Positions 11,861 to 21,730 of a stretch of 36,752 nt of DNA are shown here, piece after piece. The position numbers were made by a program, and so were the translations under genes. The notes beneath the pieces are model-generated. The model made no database searches. It was not told where the DNA came from and saw nothing but the letters and a program-made list of their open reading frames with translations. The DNA comes from Octopus bimaculoides (lineage: Eukaryota), in the NCBI RefSeq assembly GCF_001194135.2, contig NC_068985.1, positions 102,077,061-102,113,812 on the forward strand, in the 5' to 3' direction. Each line of letters begins with the position of its first letter. Positions within the stretch are counted from its first letter, which is position 1.

Positions 11861-12257
11861 TTACTCTTTTACTTGTTTCAGTCATTTGACTGTTGCCATG
11901 CAGGAGCACTGCCTTTAGTCGAGCAAATCGACCCCAGGCCTTATTCTTTGTAAGCCTAGTACTTATTCTATCGATCTCTTTTTGCCGAACCGCTGATTTA
12001 CGGGGACGTAAACTCACCAGCATCGGTTCTCAAGCGATGGTAGGAGGACAAACACAGACACACAAGCATATATATATATATATGCATATATACGACGGGC
12101 TTCTTTCAGTTTCCGCCAACCAAATCTACTGGCAAGGCTTTGGTCGGCCCGAGGCAATAGTAGAAGACAGTTGCCCAAGGTGCCACGCAATGGGACTGAA
12201 CTCGGAACCATGTGGTTGGTAGGCAAGCTACTTACAACGCACCCACTCTTGCGCCTA
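11861..12257 (-). mobile_element. Full-length bipartite SINE family C (tRNA head, internal microsatellite, LINE-like tail)
   Basis: Reverse complement starts TAGGCGCAAGAGTGGGTGCGTTGTAAGTAGCTTGC...GGTTCCGAGTTCAGTCCC, matching the head at 36583; internal (TA)n at about 12068-12092; candidate 8-bp TSD ATGTGTAT (11854-11861 / 12259-12266) in low-complexity flanks. Confidence 0.93.
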
Positions 12258-13794
12258 AATGTGTATACATATATTTTATTCTTTTATATGTTTCAGCTCT
12301 AAGGATGTGGCCATGATGTGGCACCACCAGTATATATATATATATATNNNNNNNNNNNNNNNNNNNNNNNNNNNNNNNNNNNNNNNNNNNNNNNNNNNNN
12401 NNNNNNNNNNNNNNNNNNNNNNNNNNNNNNNNNNNNNNNNNNNNNNNNNNNNNNNNNNNNNNNNNNNNNNNNNNNNNNNNNNNNNNNNNNNNNNNNNNNN
12501 NNNNNNNNNNNNNNNNNNNNNNNNNNNNNNNATATATATACGTACCGCTGTATGTCCATCAAATTATATATATATATATATATTTATATATATACATATA
12601 CACGCACACACACACACACACACAAACACACATACATACATACATACATACATGCATACATACATACATACGTACATACATATTCATGAAGTGATTCGAA
12701 ACAGAAGAAGATAAATTACAATTTCTAAAGGTTTGAGCGTCCAATTACATTTGGTAATCTTCTGTATGCTGAGCCCTGAGTATTCTCCTTCCTAATCAAT
12801 TTTACTTCATCAGTCATCACCGATCATGCTATGGGAGCTCATACGCACACATACAAACAAAGCACATGCACCGATAAATGCATACAAAATTACTCATTTC
12901 CGCCCTCATACAGCTATATACACATTTGTAGGCAATACATCACATCACTCTTATTGCCTCTAGTGATATGTAACCAGCAGAAGCTGGTATTTTTTTGATC
13001 AGTCGGTGACTATAATGGCAGCCCTACCAACTCTACTTGATAAGGGGTGTGGTTTTCGTTTGAGCCCCACTGCAGGGCGAAATCAAAACGTGTCAAACGG
13101 TCAATGAACTCAGTGGACATCCAACTGGCGAAAGTGATATAGTGCGTAGTCTTTGTATAGACATCTCTCTAGAAGGCAGTTTGGAATTAACACCCACCTT
13201 ATTGCTAGCGGGAGATCTTGTCCTTGCTTTTTTGTGAACTACTTGGCTGTGTAGGCCAGAGACTTAGCAGTGTTGTGGAAGCTGTTATTGATGTGAAAGT
13301 TGCTTATAGCCATTGTCTTAAACATCAAGAATTAGATAATTTTAGGAGATGGTTATACACGCTTAACAGTTGACAGCTACAGTGTATGCATGAGGTCATA
13401 TATACAGTATAAATAAATTAAATCATATACTTACACGGATGTAGGGCGGTGAACCTTTCTACACCCTCAGATGTTCTGAAATAGATCCTGTCACAAATCA
13501 GGTGATGAGATCGACATATGCTCCACTCGCATATCTTTGAGTAACGTGTAGCTCAAACAAATTATTAAATACATACAAATTCAACCAAATAAGTCAAGAT
13601 CTATTGGATTTAGTTAGTTTCATTCGCAAATTGAGCCGTTTTTAGTTTTGCTCAGATTGTTTTCAATCACGGTGTATCGATGCAAATCTGAATTTTGATT
13701 ACGATCAATCAATGACTTTATCTCATAAACTAAAGAATCTGATGTTATTTGGAATTGAAGATGAGAAATTTGGGTAATTTTAGCCAATCAACAG

Positions 13795-13936
13795 ACAACT
13801 GCTATTTATTTTATCGGATCCGAAATTATAAAATGTAAAGTTGACCCCAGCCTCGACAAAATTTGAACTCAGAATGTAAAACCGGAAAACATATTAAGTA
13901 TTTTTGTCTGATATGGTAATGATTCTGCCAGTTCAC
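13795..13936 (-). mobile_element. SINE family B, diverged
   Basis: TTTATTTTATCG...AAAGTTGACC...ATTTGAACTCAGAATGTAA...GATTCTGCCAGTTCAC is the reverse complement of the family B head and central block. Confidence 0.75.
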
Positions 13937-13971
13937 TAGAATTGATTTGTGAATAAATAATAAGAAATGTA

Positions 13972-14150
13972 GCGTGGCAGATTGTCAGAATTTTTAGATC
14001 TACATAAAACCATACCTTGAGGCAATTGAACCGGATATTTGCGTTCTGCGTTCGAATGACTTGGGGGTAAACTTCAAATTTTTATGCTATTGAAATCCAT
14101 ATTTCAGTCAAGAACGAGGGCTTTTATAATCAGCTAGCCCCACAAATTCT
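13972..14150 (+). mobile_element. Highly diverged SINE family B-like copy, head-to-head with the previous one
   Basis: GCGTGGCAGATTGTCAGAA head, GCGTTCTGCGTTCGAAT B-box region, GGGGTAAACTT. Confidence 0.45.
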
Positions 14151-14637
14151 GCATATTTACTGACCTTGCGCTTCAAATAATAACATTTATATTTCCGGGG
14201 ATATTTCTCCAAAATTACTTGTCTTTCAATTAATCATTCTGATAATCATATATTTACCCTCCAAAGCGTGAAATTTTAATTGATTAATAATTCTTAGCTC
14301 ACAACTGTGAGTGTATAACATCCACTTTAGGAACTGTTTCATTTTTGGGGTCTGAATGTGTGTATGTACGCGCACATGTTTGTGTGCATGTGCGTGTGAG
14401 AGAGAAAGAGAGAGAGTGCTTTAGGCTGTCTTGCGATTTTCCCTGAAGTTATATATGTAATACTGTTTTTAATTAGTCTCCTTGTTTATCTAGAAATTAG
14501 CATATTAGTGACAACGCTACCGTCTGCAACTAGCGTTGAGTATTTCTTTATTTATGAGTACATGTACACATACTTGAAATTCATATATGTGCATGCACAT
14601 ATTACATGATGCTTCTATGTACGTACATATATTGTAT

Positions 14638-14643
<6 letters not shown>

Positions 14644-14696
<53 letters not shown>

Positions 14697-15525
14697 NNNN
14701 NNNNNNNNNNNNNNNNNNNNNNNNNNNNNNNNNNNNNNNNNNNNNNNNNNNNNNNNNNNNNNNNNNNNNNNNNNNNNNNNNNNNNNNNNNNNNNNNNNNN
14801 NNNNNNNNNNNNNNNNNNNNNNNNNNNNNNNNNNNNNNNNNNNNNNNNNNNNNNNNNNNNNNNNNNNNNNNNNNNNNNNNNNNNNNNNNNNNNNNNNNNN
14901 NNNNNNNNNNNNNNNNNNNNNNNNNNNNNNNNNNNNNNNNNNNNNNNNNNNNNNNNNNNNNNNNNNNNNNNNNNNNNNNNNNNNNNNNNNNNNNNNNNNN
15001 NNNNNNNNNNNNNNNNNNNNNNNNNNNNNNNNNNNNNNNNNNNNNNNNNNNNNNNNNNNNNNNNNNNNNNNNNNNNNNNNNNNNNNNNNNNNNNNNNNNN
15101 NNNNNNNNNNNNNNNNNNNNNNNNNNNNNNNNNNNNNNNNNNNNNNNNNNNNNNNNNNNNNNNNNNNNNNNNNNNNNNNNNNNNNNNNNNNNNNNNNNNN
15201 NNNNNNNNNNNNNNNNNNNNNNNNNNNNNNNNNNNNNNNNNNNNNNNNNNNNNNNNNNNNNNNNNNNNNNNNNNNNNNNNNNNNNNNNNNNNNNNNNNNN
15301 NNNNNNNNNNNNNNNNNNNNNNNNNNNNNNNNNNNNNNNNNNNNNNNNNNNNNNNNNNNNNNNNNNNNNNNNNNNNNNNNNNNNNNNNNNNNNNNNNNNN
15401 NNNNNNNNNNNNNNNNNNNNNNNNNNNNNNNNNNNNNNNNNNNNNNNNNNNNNNNNNNNNNNNNNNNNNNNNNNNNNNNNNNNNNNNNNNNNNNNNNNNN
15501 NNNNNNNNNNNNNNNNNNNNNNNNN

Positions 15526-15581
<56 letters not shown>
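14644..15581. repeat. (CT)n and (CA)n microsatellites flanking a gap
   Basis: Perfect runs at 14644-14696 and 15526-15581. Confidence 0.92.
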
Positions 15582-15595
<14 letters not shown>

Positions 15596-17078
15596 GCAAA
15601 GAAACATGAGGCTTCAAGCAATAATGTTATATGTAAGTAAAATCTGAAGGAAGATGTTTTTAAAACACATATAATTTGTATATGTGGAAATGACTGCATA
15701 TATGTATATACACATACATACATACATACATACATACACACACACATATACTGTCACACGCATATATATATATATTCAGCATCCTTTCCAGGGACTTAGG
15801 TGTTTCTATGAATCAAGCACTCACGAAGCTATTGATGCACGAGAAGCATGACATGTAATCAAAAGAGAACGATGTGAATCGCAAAAGAAACGTACTGTTA
15901 ATATACATCCTGTTGTTAGAAGCGGAAATATACGGAAAGAGCAGAAATGCCAACAACACGATTAAGCTCAGTTTGAGGTTAAAGTACTTTATAAAGTGCA
16001 CTTTTTTTCACCGAAATTAAGATTAAAATAGAATTTAAAATGAACTTACAAAAGTGAATTGATCTAGAAATTAATAGAATATATTACAGATATGTGTATA
16101 TCGTATTCTTGGTTTTAACATTGGCAATATAAAGACTGTAAATTTATCTTACAACGATCTTCGCTATATTGCTGACATGCTGTCACGTGTAGTTGTTTAT
16201 ATATCATTGAACAGCGAAAAGCCGTTCATACCCGGAAATGATGAAGAATATATATTCACTACGACAATGCGTAGCTTGATTTTCTTTTTGTGCTATTTTT
16301 TTTTCCCCGTTTACTATTCATATATATTATATGTAATTGCAATAAGCCTGCTTTCTTTCATTTTCAGGCAACTCTCTCTTATAAATTTCGCTGAAAAGAA
16401 ATCTAAATATGTTGCTTTTTGGTAACCTAATTTTGACTCATTTTTAATAGTAAATTTGTTGATTCGAATATTCTTTTTTTTTAAATTAATTTCTTAAAAT
16501 TTCGCTTATTAGTGTTTTTCAGCATTGCTCCCTTGTCGCATACTTCAATATTCAAATACTGGCGAATAGAATGAGAAAGCGCACACATTTATATTTGCTG
16601 ATAAATACCGCAAATCAGCGATCGNNNNNNNNNNNNNNNNNNNNNNNNNNNNNNNNNNNNNNNNNNNNNNNNNNNNNNNNNNNNNNNNNNNNNNNNNNNN
16701 NNNNNNNNNNNNNNNNNNNNNNNNNNNNNNNNNNNNNNNNNNNNNNNNNNNNNNNNNNNNNNNNNNNNNNNNNNNNNNNNNNNNNNNNNNNNNNNNNNNN
16801 NNNNNNNNNNNNNNNNNNNNNNNNNNNNNNNNNNNNNNNNNNNNNNNNNNNNNNNNNNNNNNNNNNNNNNNNNNNNNNNNNNNNNNNNNNNNNNNNNNNN
16901 NNNNNNNNNNNNNNNNNNNNNNNNNNNNNNNNNNNNNNNNNNNNNNNNNNNNNNNNNNNNNNNNNNNNNNNNNNNNNNNNNNNNNNNNNNNNNNNNTGTG
17001 CGTGTGTGTGTGTATGTGTGTATGTGTGTGTGTGTGTGTAAATAATATATATGTAGCTGACCCGCCAAAATCTACAAG

Positions 17079-17243
17079 TTTTTTTTTTCTTTCTCTCTCT
17101 GTTTATTTTCTCTTATTCCTCTCTGTTGAAGAGCATATGCTCGGAACGTAAAACATTTTTCCTTTTTTTTTCCCTAGCGTCAAACTAATACACTTGCTTG
17201 TTGTTCATAAACCTGCCTTCGTTTTTTGTTTTCTATAAATGTC

Positions 17244-17246
<3 letters not shown>
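17079..17246 (+). mobile_element. Short PLE terminal-repeat-like element with HHR-like core, ending at (TG)n
   Basis: CTGTTGAA-GAGC-ATAT-GCTC-GGAAC-GTA at 17123-17150; clearly homologous to 18421-18586 (shared AAACTAATACA..TTGTTGTT..ACC..TCTTCGT..TTTTGTT). Confidence 0.6.
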
Positions 17247-17298
<52 letters not shown>

Positions 17299-17529
17299 TT
17301 TATATTTCGAGATTGTCATTTTGTTTATTATTCTTTTTGCCAAATAATAAACATATATGTATGTATATTTACATGCGCATATATTATACACAGATTAATA
17401 GATATACGCATACAAATGTCCACATACATACAGACATCCATACATATATACATAAGTGTATGAGTGCTTATAATTGTTTTAGCCATGTATCTTACTTTAT
17501 TAGCCCGGATATATTAGCAGACACAGCTC

Positions 17530-17638
17530 TATACATACATACGTACATACACACTTACGTGTAGACATACCTACATACATACGTACAGACATACGTACTT
17601 AGGTACATACGTACTTAGGTACATACGTACTTAGGTAC

Positions 17639-17669
<31 letters not shown>

Positions 17670-17710
17670 GGTATGGATGGATGGATGGATGTATGTATGG
17701 ATGGATGGAT
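17530..17710. repeat. (TACA)n / 16-bp x3 tandem / (TATG)n-(GGAT)n compound repeat
   Basis: ACATACGTACTTAGGT repeated exactly three times (17589-17636) between oppositely oriented tetranucleotide tracts. Confidence 0.9.
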
Positions 17711-18420
17711 GCGTAATGTATGGTTGTGCGTATATTTGTGAGCAGATCTGTTAGTATATACGCTTTTATGTTGTGAAAAGATTCAAAACGACATATACAC
17801 CAAACTCTCTCACTCAAACACGTTCAAGCATAGAAATAGACTGACTGATACATACACAGAAATGAATGCCGTAATAGATGTCAATTTTAATATACGTTTT
17901 TCATGACTCTTAATATTGATTTCATATACAGGTACAAAGTTATCGAATCATTTTTTTTTCTCTCTTTATATCGGAGATATTATTATGACCTTTAGTTAAT
18001 GGTAATCATCGAGGAAGACACCAAATCGATGAATTTGTTGATTCAATTTTATTACATAATATCAGGAAACTGAATGCTAATTATGTCACCGAACACATTT
18101 TTGCGTTGTTGAGTAACATGTTTTGAAAAAAAAAGAAAAAGAACAACAACATATAGTATATATAAGTCTTTTCACTGATTTAAAATTCCCTTTCCTTTGG
18201 TGCTGTTAAATGTCGATATCAGTTGGTTTTTGCAGTGCTTGTCTTCTGCTTTGATGTGTATGTATTTGATTAATCCCGTGAACAGCGCAGCTAGTGCGGA
18301 AACATATATGGCAACGTGTCTTCATTTCCATTCGATGACAGCATCCTACCTCGTAGATAAACAACAATGTGCACATCGCCATGATAGATCGTTAGCCACT
18401 AAACCTTTTTCTATTTTGTA

Positions 18421-18584
18421 TTTTTTTCTATTTTCTCTCCTTGTTTATTTTTGTGTTCCGTTCTGTCGAACGCTCGAAACGTAAAAGAATTTCTCACTTA
18501 CCGTGCGTTAAACTAATACATCTGTTTGTTGTTTACACACCCGTCTTCGTCTTTTGTTGTCTTTTTTTGTAGTAAAATCTTCCA

Positions 18585-18586
<2 letters not shown>
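18421..18586 (+). mobile_element. Second copy of the short PLE terminal-repeat-like element (stem II partly deleted)
   Basis: CTGTCGAA-CGCTC-GAAACGTAAAAG at 18463-18487; homologous to 17079-17246; ends at (TA)n. Confidence 0.6.
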
Positions 18587-18632
<46 letters not shown>

Positions 18633-18635
<3 letters not shown>

Positions 18636-18966
18636 GAGGAGCCCCCCCCCCCCACTTCGGTCATGAATGACCATGGGATTGCACCTAGAAAGTTACCCTC
18701 CGAGGCAAAAGTCAGGGCAAAGTTGTTTGTATAAGGCCAGCAGTCGCCCATGCATACCAGCCTCACCACTCCACACCACTAATGTTATCCAAGGGAAAGG
18801 CAAAGGCTGATACAGCTTAGCACCAGTGATGTCGCAACTGATTTTTACAGTTAACTGGAGCAACGTGAAATAGAGTGTCTTGCTCAAGAACACACCACGC
18901 AACCCGGTCCGGGGATCGAACTCACAACCTCACGATCGTAAGCGCGATGCTCTTACCACTGAGCCA
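18633..18966 (-). mobile_element. tRNA-derived SINE, family D (tRNA-Arg-like head)
   Basis: Minus strand TGGCTCAGTGGTAAGAGC (A box) ... TTACGAT ... GAGTTCGATCCCCGG (B box) followed by a roughly 270-bp non-tRNA body. Confidence 0.88.
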
Positions 18967-20574
18967 TATATATATACACCTTGTGTTGAGCTCAATGTGT
19001 TCATCCTCACATAAGATATAAGTTTTTGATCTGGGGGAGAGATCCTTGTAATTGCTATCACGTCAGGTTACACATCATGGCGATGTGCACATTGTTGTTT
19101 ATCTACGAGGTAGGATGCTGTCATCGAATGGAAATGAAGACACGTTGCCATATATGTTTCCGCACTAGCTGCGCCGTTCACGGGATTAATCAAATACATA
19201 CACATCAAAGCAGAAGACAAGCACTGCAAAAACCAACTGATATCGACATTTAACAGCACCAAGGGAAAGGGAATTTTAAATCAGTGAAAATACTTATATA
19301 TATTTCTTTACAACGTCCATGAATCTGGCGTCGATAAATTGTTACAAACGTATTATGAGTTTGTTTTGTCAACACTATAATCTGCAGCAAAATTTCCTTT
19401 TTCTTCATATTGGACAGGACCCAATATTGATTTCTTAGATAAGAATGATATTTTACATTTTGTAAGAGAAATAGAAAGAGTGTTGTTTAAGTTCCTGATC
19501 CAAGTGATCTATTAAAAACGTACGCGATAAAAGAATTGCCAGTATCCAAAATTCACATACTTGTCTTCACTACCATGGCTGAATGGTTGTAAAAGCTATT
19601 CCACAAATTTCTAATAAATTTCTGTGAATATGTACGCCTAAAATCTTTTAGGAGATAGGAATATCGCTAATGAATAAACATCAAAATTAATATAATTTAA
19701 TTTTAAAAGTACTCACATTTACATAAACGTATAATTATGCAAAATTATCAGTATCGTGTCTATGTATATATATATATATATGTATATANNNNNNNNNNNN
19801 NNNNNNNNNNNNNNNNNNNNNNNNNNNNNNNNNNNNNNNNNNNNNNNNNNNNNNNNNNNNNNNNNNNNNNNNNNNNNNNNNNNNNNNNNNNNNNNNNNNN
19901 NNNNNNNNNNNNNNNNNNNNNNNNNNNNNNNNNNNNNNNNNNNNNNNNNNNNNNNNNNNNNNNNNNNNNNNNNNNNNNNNNNNNNNNNNNNNNNNNNNNN
20001 NNNNNNNNNNNNNNNNNNNNNNNNNNNNNNNNNNNNNNNNNNNNNNNNNNNNNNNNNNNNNNNNNNNNNNNNNNNNNNNNNNNNNNNNNNNNNNNNNNNN
20101 NNNNNNNNNNNNNNNNNNNNNNNNNNNNNNNNNNNNNNNNNNNNNNNNNNNNNNNNNNNNNNNNNNNNNNNNNNNNNNNNNNNNNNNNNNNNNNNNNNNN
20201 NNNNNNNNNNNNNNNNNNNNNNNNNNNNNNNNNNNNNNNNNNNNNNNNNNNNNNNNNNNNNNNNNNNNNNNNNNNNNNNNNNNNNNNNNNNNNNNNNNNN
20301 NNNNNNNNNNNNNNNNNNNNNNNNNNNNNNNNNNNNNNNNNNNNNNNNNNNNNNNNNNNNNNNNNNNNNNNNNNNNNNNNNNNNNNNNNNNNNNNNNNNN
20401 NNNNNNNNNNNNNNNNNNNNNNNNNNNNNNNNNNNNNNNNNNNNNNNNNNNNNNNNNNNNNNNNNNNNNNNNNTTATTCAATCTGTTCGATAAATCTGTA
20501 AGGACTATTCGAGAATTTTCCGATAACAAAATACTCCAACTAAAAGAATTAGAGTTTTCCCTTCGCTTCAATTG

Positions 20575-21231
20575 AATGGAAGACTACAACATACTCAACA
20601 AATAATATATAGCAATTTGAAAAAAACATTTGTAGACAGAAACAACCACGATTTATACGAAGGAATGAACAAATTCAATACAAAGGAGGACATGATAACA
20701 CAGAAAACATCAAAGGATACATAAATATTAATACAAAGACGTATTTGAACGATCATTTTTTTTTTTTTACCCAGCCTACAGAATTTTTGACATCCGGTCA
20801 CAAACCAAAGATATTTAACTTATCTAAAATATCCCTTTTAGTACAAGAAAGTATTATTCTCTCAAAACACCTAAAATTTACACCAACACCACAATACGCT
20901 AATTTCAATAACATAACCAACAATATTTCACAGTTCTGTAAAAGAACTGCGCCAAACAGAGGAATCACTCGAATTTGAAAACAGGGAAGAATCAGGTTGT
21001 AAGAATCAAAAGCAATTACAGGTCTACGAAAGGTAAGAGTGAAGAATTAGATAAATTTTGTGATTTTATATCCGCCTTCTAAAAGCACTGCCAAATCGTA
21101 AAATCAAACCCACTACCAGTCAAAAGGACTGAGAAATTATGCATAAGCTCAAAAACAATAACATAATAATTAAAGAAGTAAATAAGGGAAGTGTTGTAAT
21201 CATTATGGATGTAAAACACAACAAAAATGCT
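20575..21231 (+). pseudogene. Decayed Penelope-like element ORF, N-terminal/pre-RT region
   Basis: KIFNLSKISLLVQESIILSKHLKFTPTP (cf. PLE motif IxNLSxxxLTxxExxLLxKGLKFxPTP) and NNIIIKEVNKGSVVIIMD at 21157-21210 (cf. IVIKPADKGxxVVIMD preceding PLE RT); frameshifts between; cut off by a SINE. Confidence 0.8.
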
Positions 21232-21400
21232 ACATTATCATCGACCGCACTCCTTGACTGGGGCTTTATTTATCAATCCTGAAAGGATCAAAGGCAAATC
21301 CGACCTCGGTGGAAATGAAAATCAGAACGTAATGACGGACAAAATGCCGAGTAACAATCAAGTATTTGGTTAGGTGTAATCGACTATCTTGCTCTCCCAA
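21232..21400 (-). mobile_element. SINE family B, diverged
   Basis: GAAAGGATCAAAGGCAAATCCGACCTCGGTGGAAAT..TCAGAACGTA is the reverse complement of the family B core. Confidence 0.75.
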
Positions 21401-21618
21401 AGTTAAAGCTGAGTGTCCAAATCCAGCGGAAGTCAGTCCAACCATTCATATTTTGATGGACTTTAAATCATGGACCATCTTCTATTGATCAGTTCTTCTC
21501 TCAGTCTTTCTGTCTCTTCGTCTCTCTCCTTCTCTCTCTCTCTCTCACTCTCTCAGTTTCTTTCCATCACTCTGTCTCCTACATATCTCATTCAAACGTC
21601 CTCGCAATAATTCAATTT

Positions 21619-21730
21619 GCGTTAAATGTACAACTATCTGAGGAATAGCCAACCACTTGCACGTTAATTTCACTGGCAATAATTCGTTTATTTGAACAAC
21701 TGTACGTTCTTCGTCGATACCGACGGAGAA
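21619..21730 (+). mobile_element. Old 3' fragment of SINE family A
   Basis: CCACTTGCACGTTAATTTCAC and TCGTCGATACCGACGGAG match the 3' end of 27429-27810. Confidence 0.6.

Larger units (their letters stand above)
18157..19302. mobile_element. Fold-back element: 229-bp inverted repeats (18157-18385 / 19074-19302) around a 688-bp spacer
   Basis: Arms are reverse complements with 3 substitutions by manual comparison; both outer ends are TATATATAAGT; the spacer holds a PLE-like relic, (TA)n and a SINE. Confidence 0.85.

Noticed and set aside
13200-13390. Segment that looks like an interspersed repeat I have seen in octopus DNA
   Set aside because: Single copy in the window and no diagnostic motif, so it cannot be supported from this sequence.
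18900-18966. tRNA-Arg-like sequences here and at 2480-2554 and 27429-27500
   Set aside because: They have A/B boxes but no closed acceptor stem and continue into SINE bodies; SINE heads, not tRNA genes.
18197-19262. Duplicated ORF MVLLNVDISWFLQCLSS... on both strands
   Set aside because: A consequence of the inverted repeat; the two versions diverge exactly at the arm boundary and show no protein motif.
3161-20571. Long ORFs of 150-430 aa containing X runs
   Set aside because: They are open only because they cross N gaps and dinucleotide repeats.
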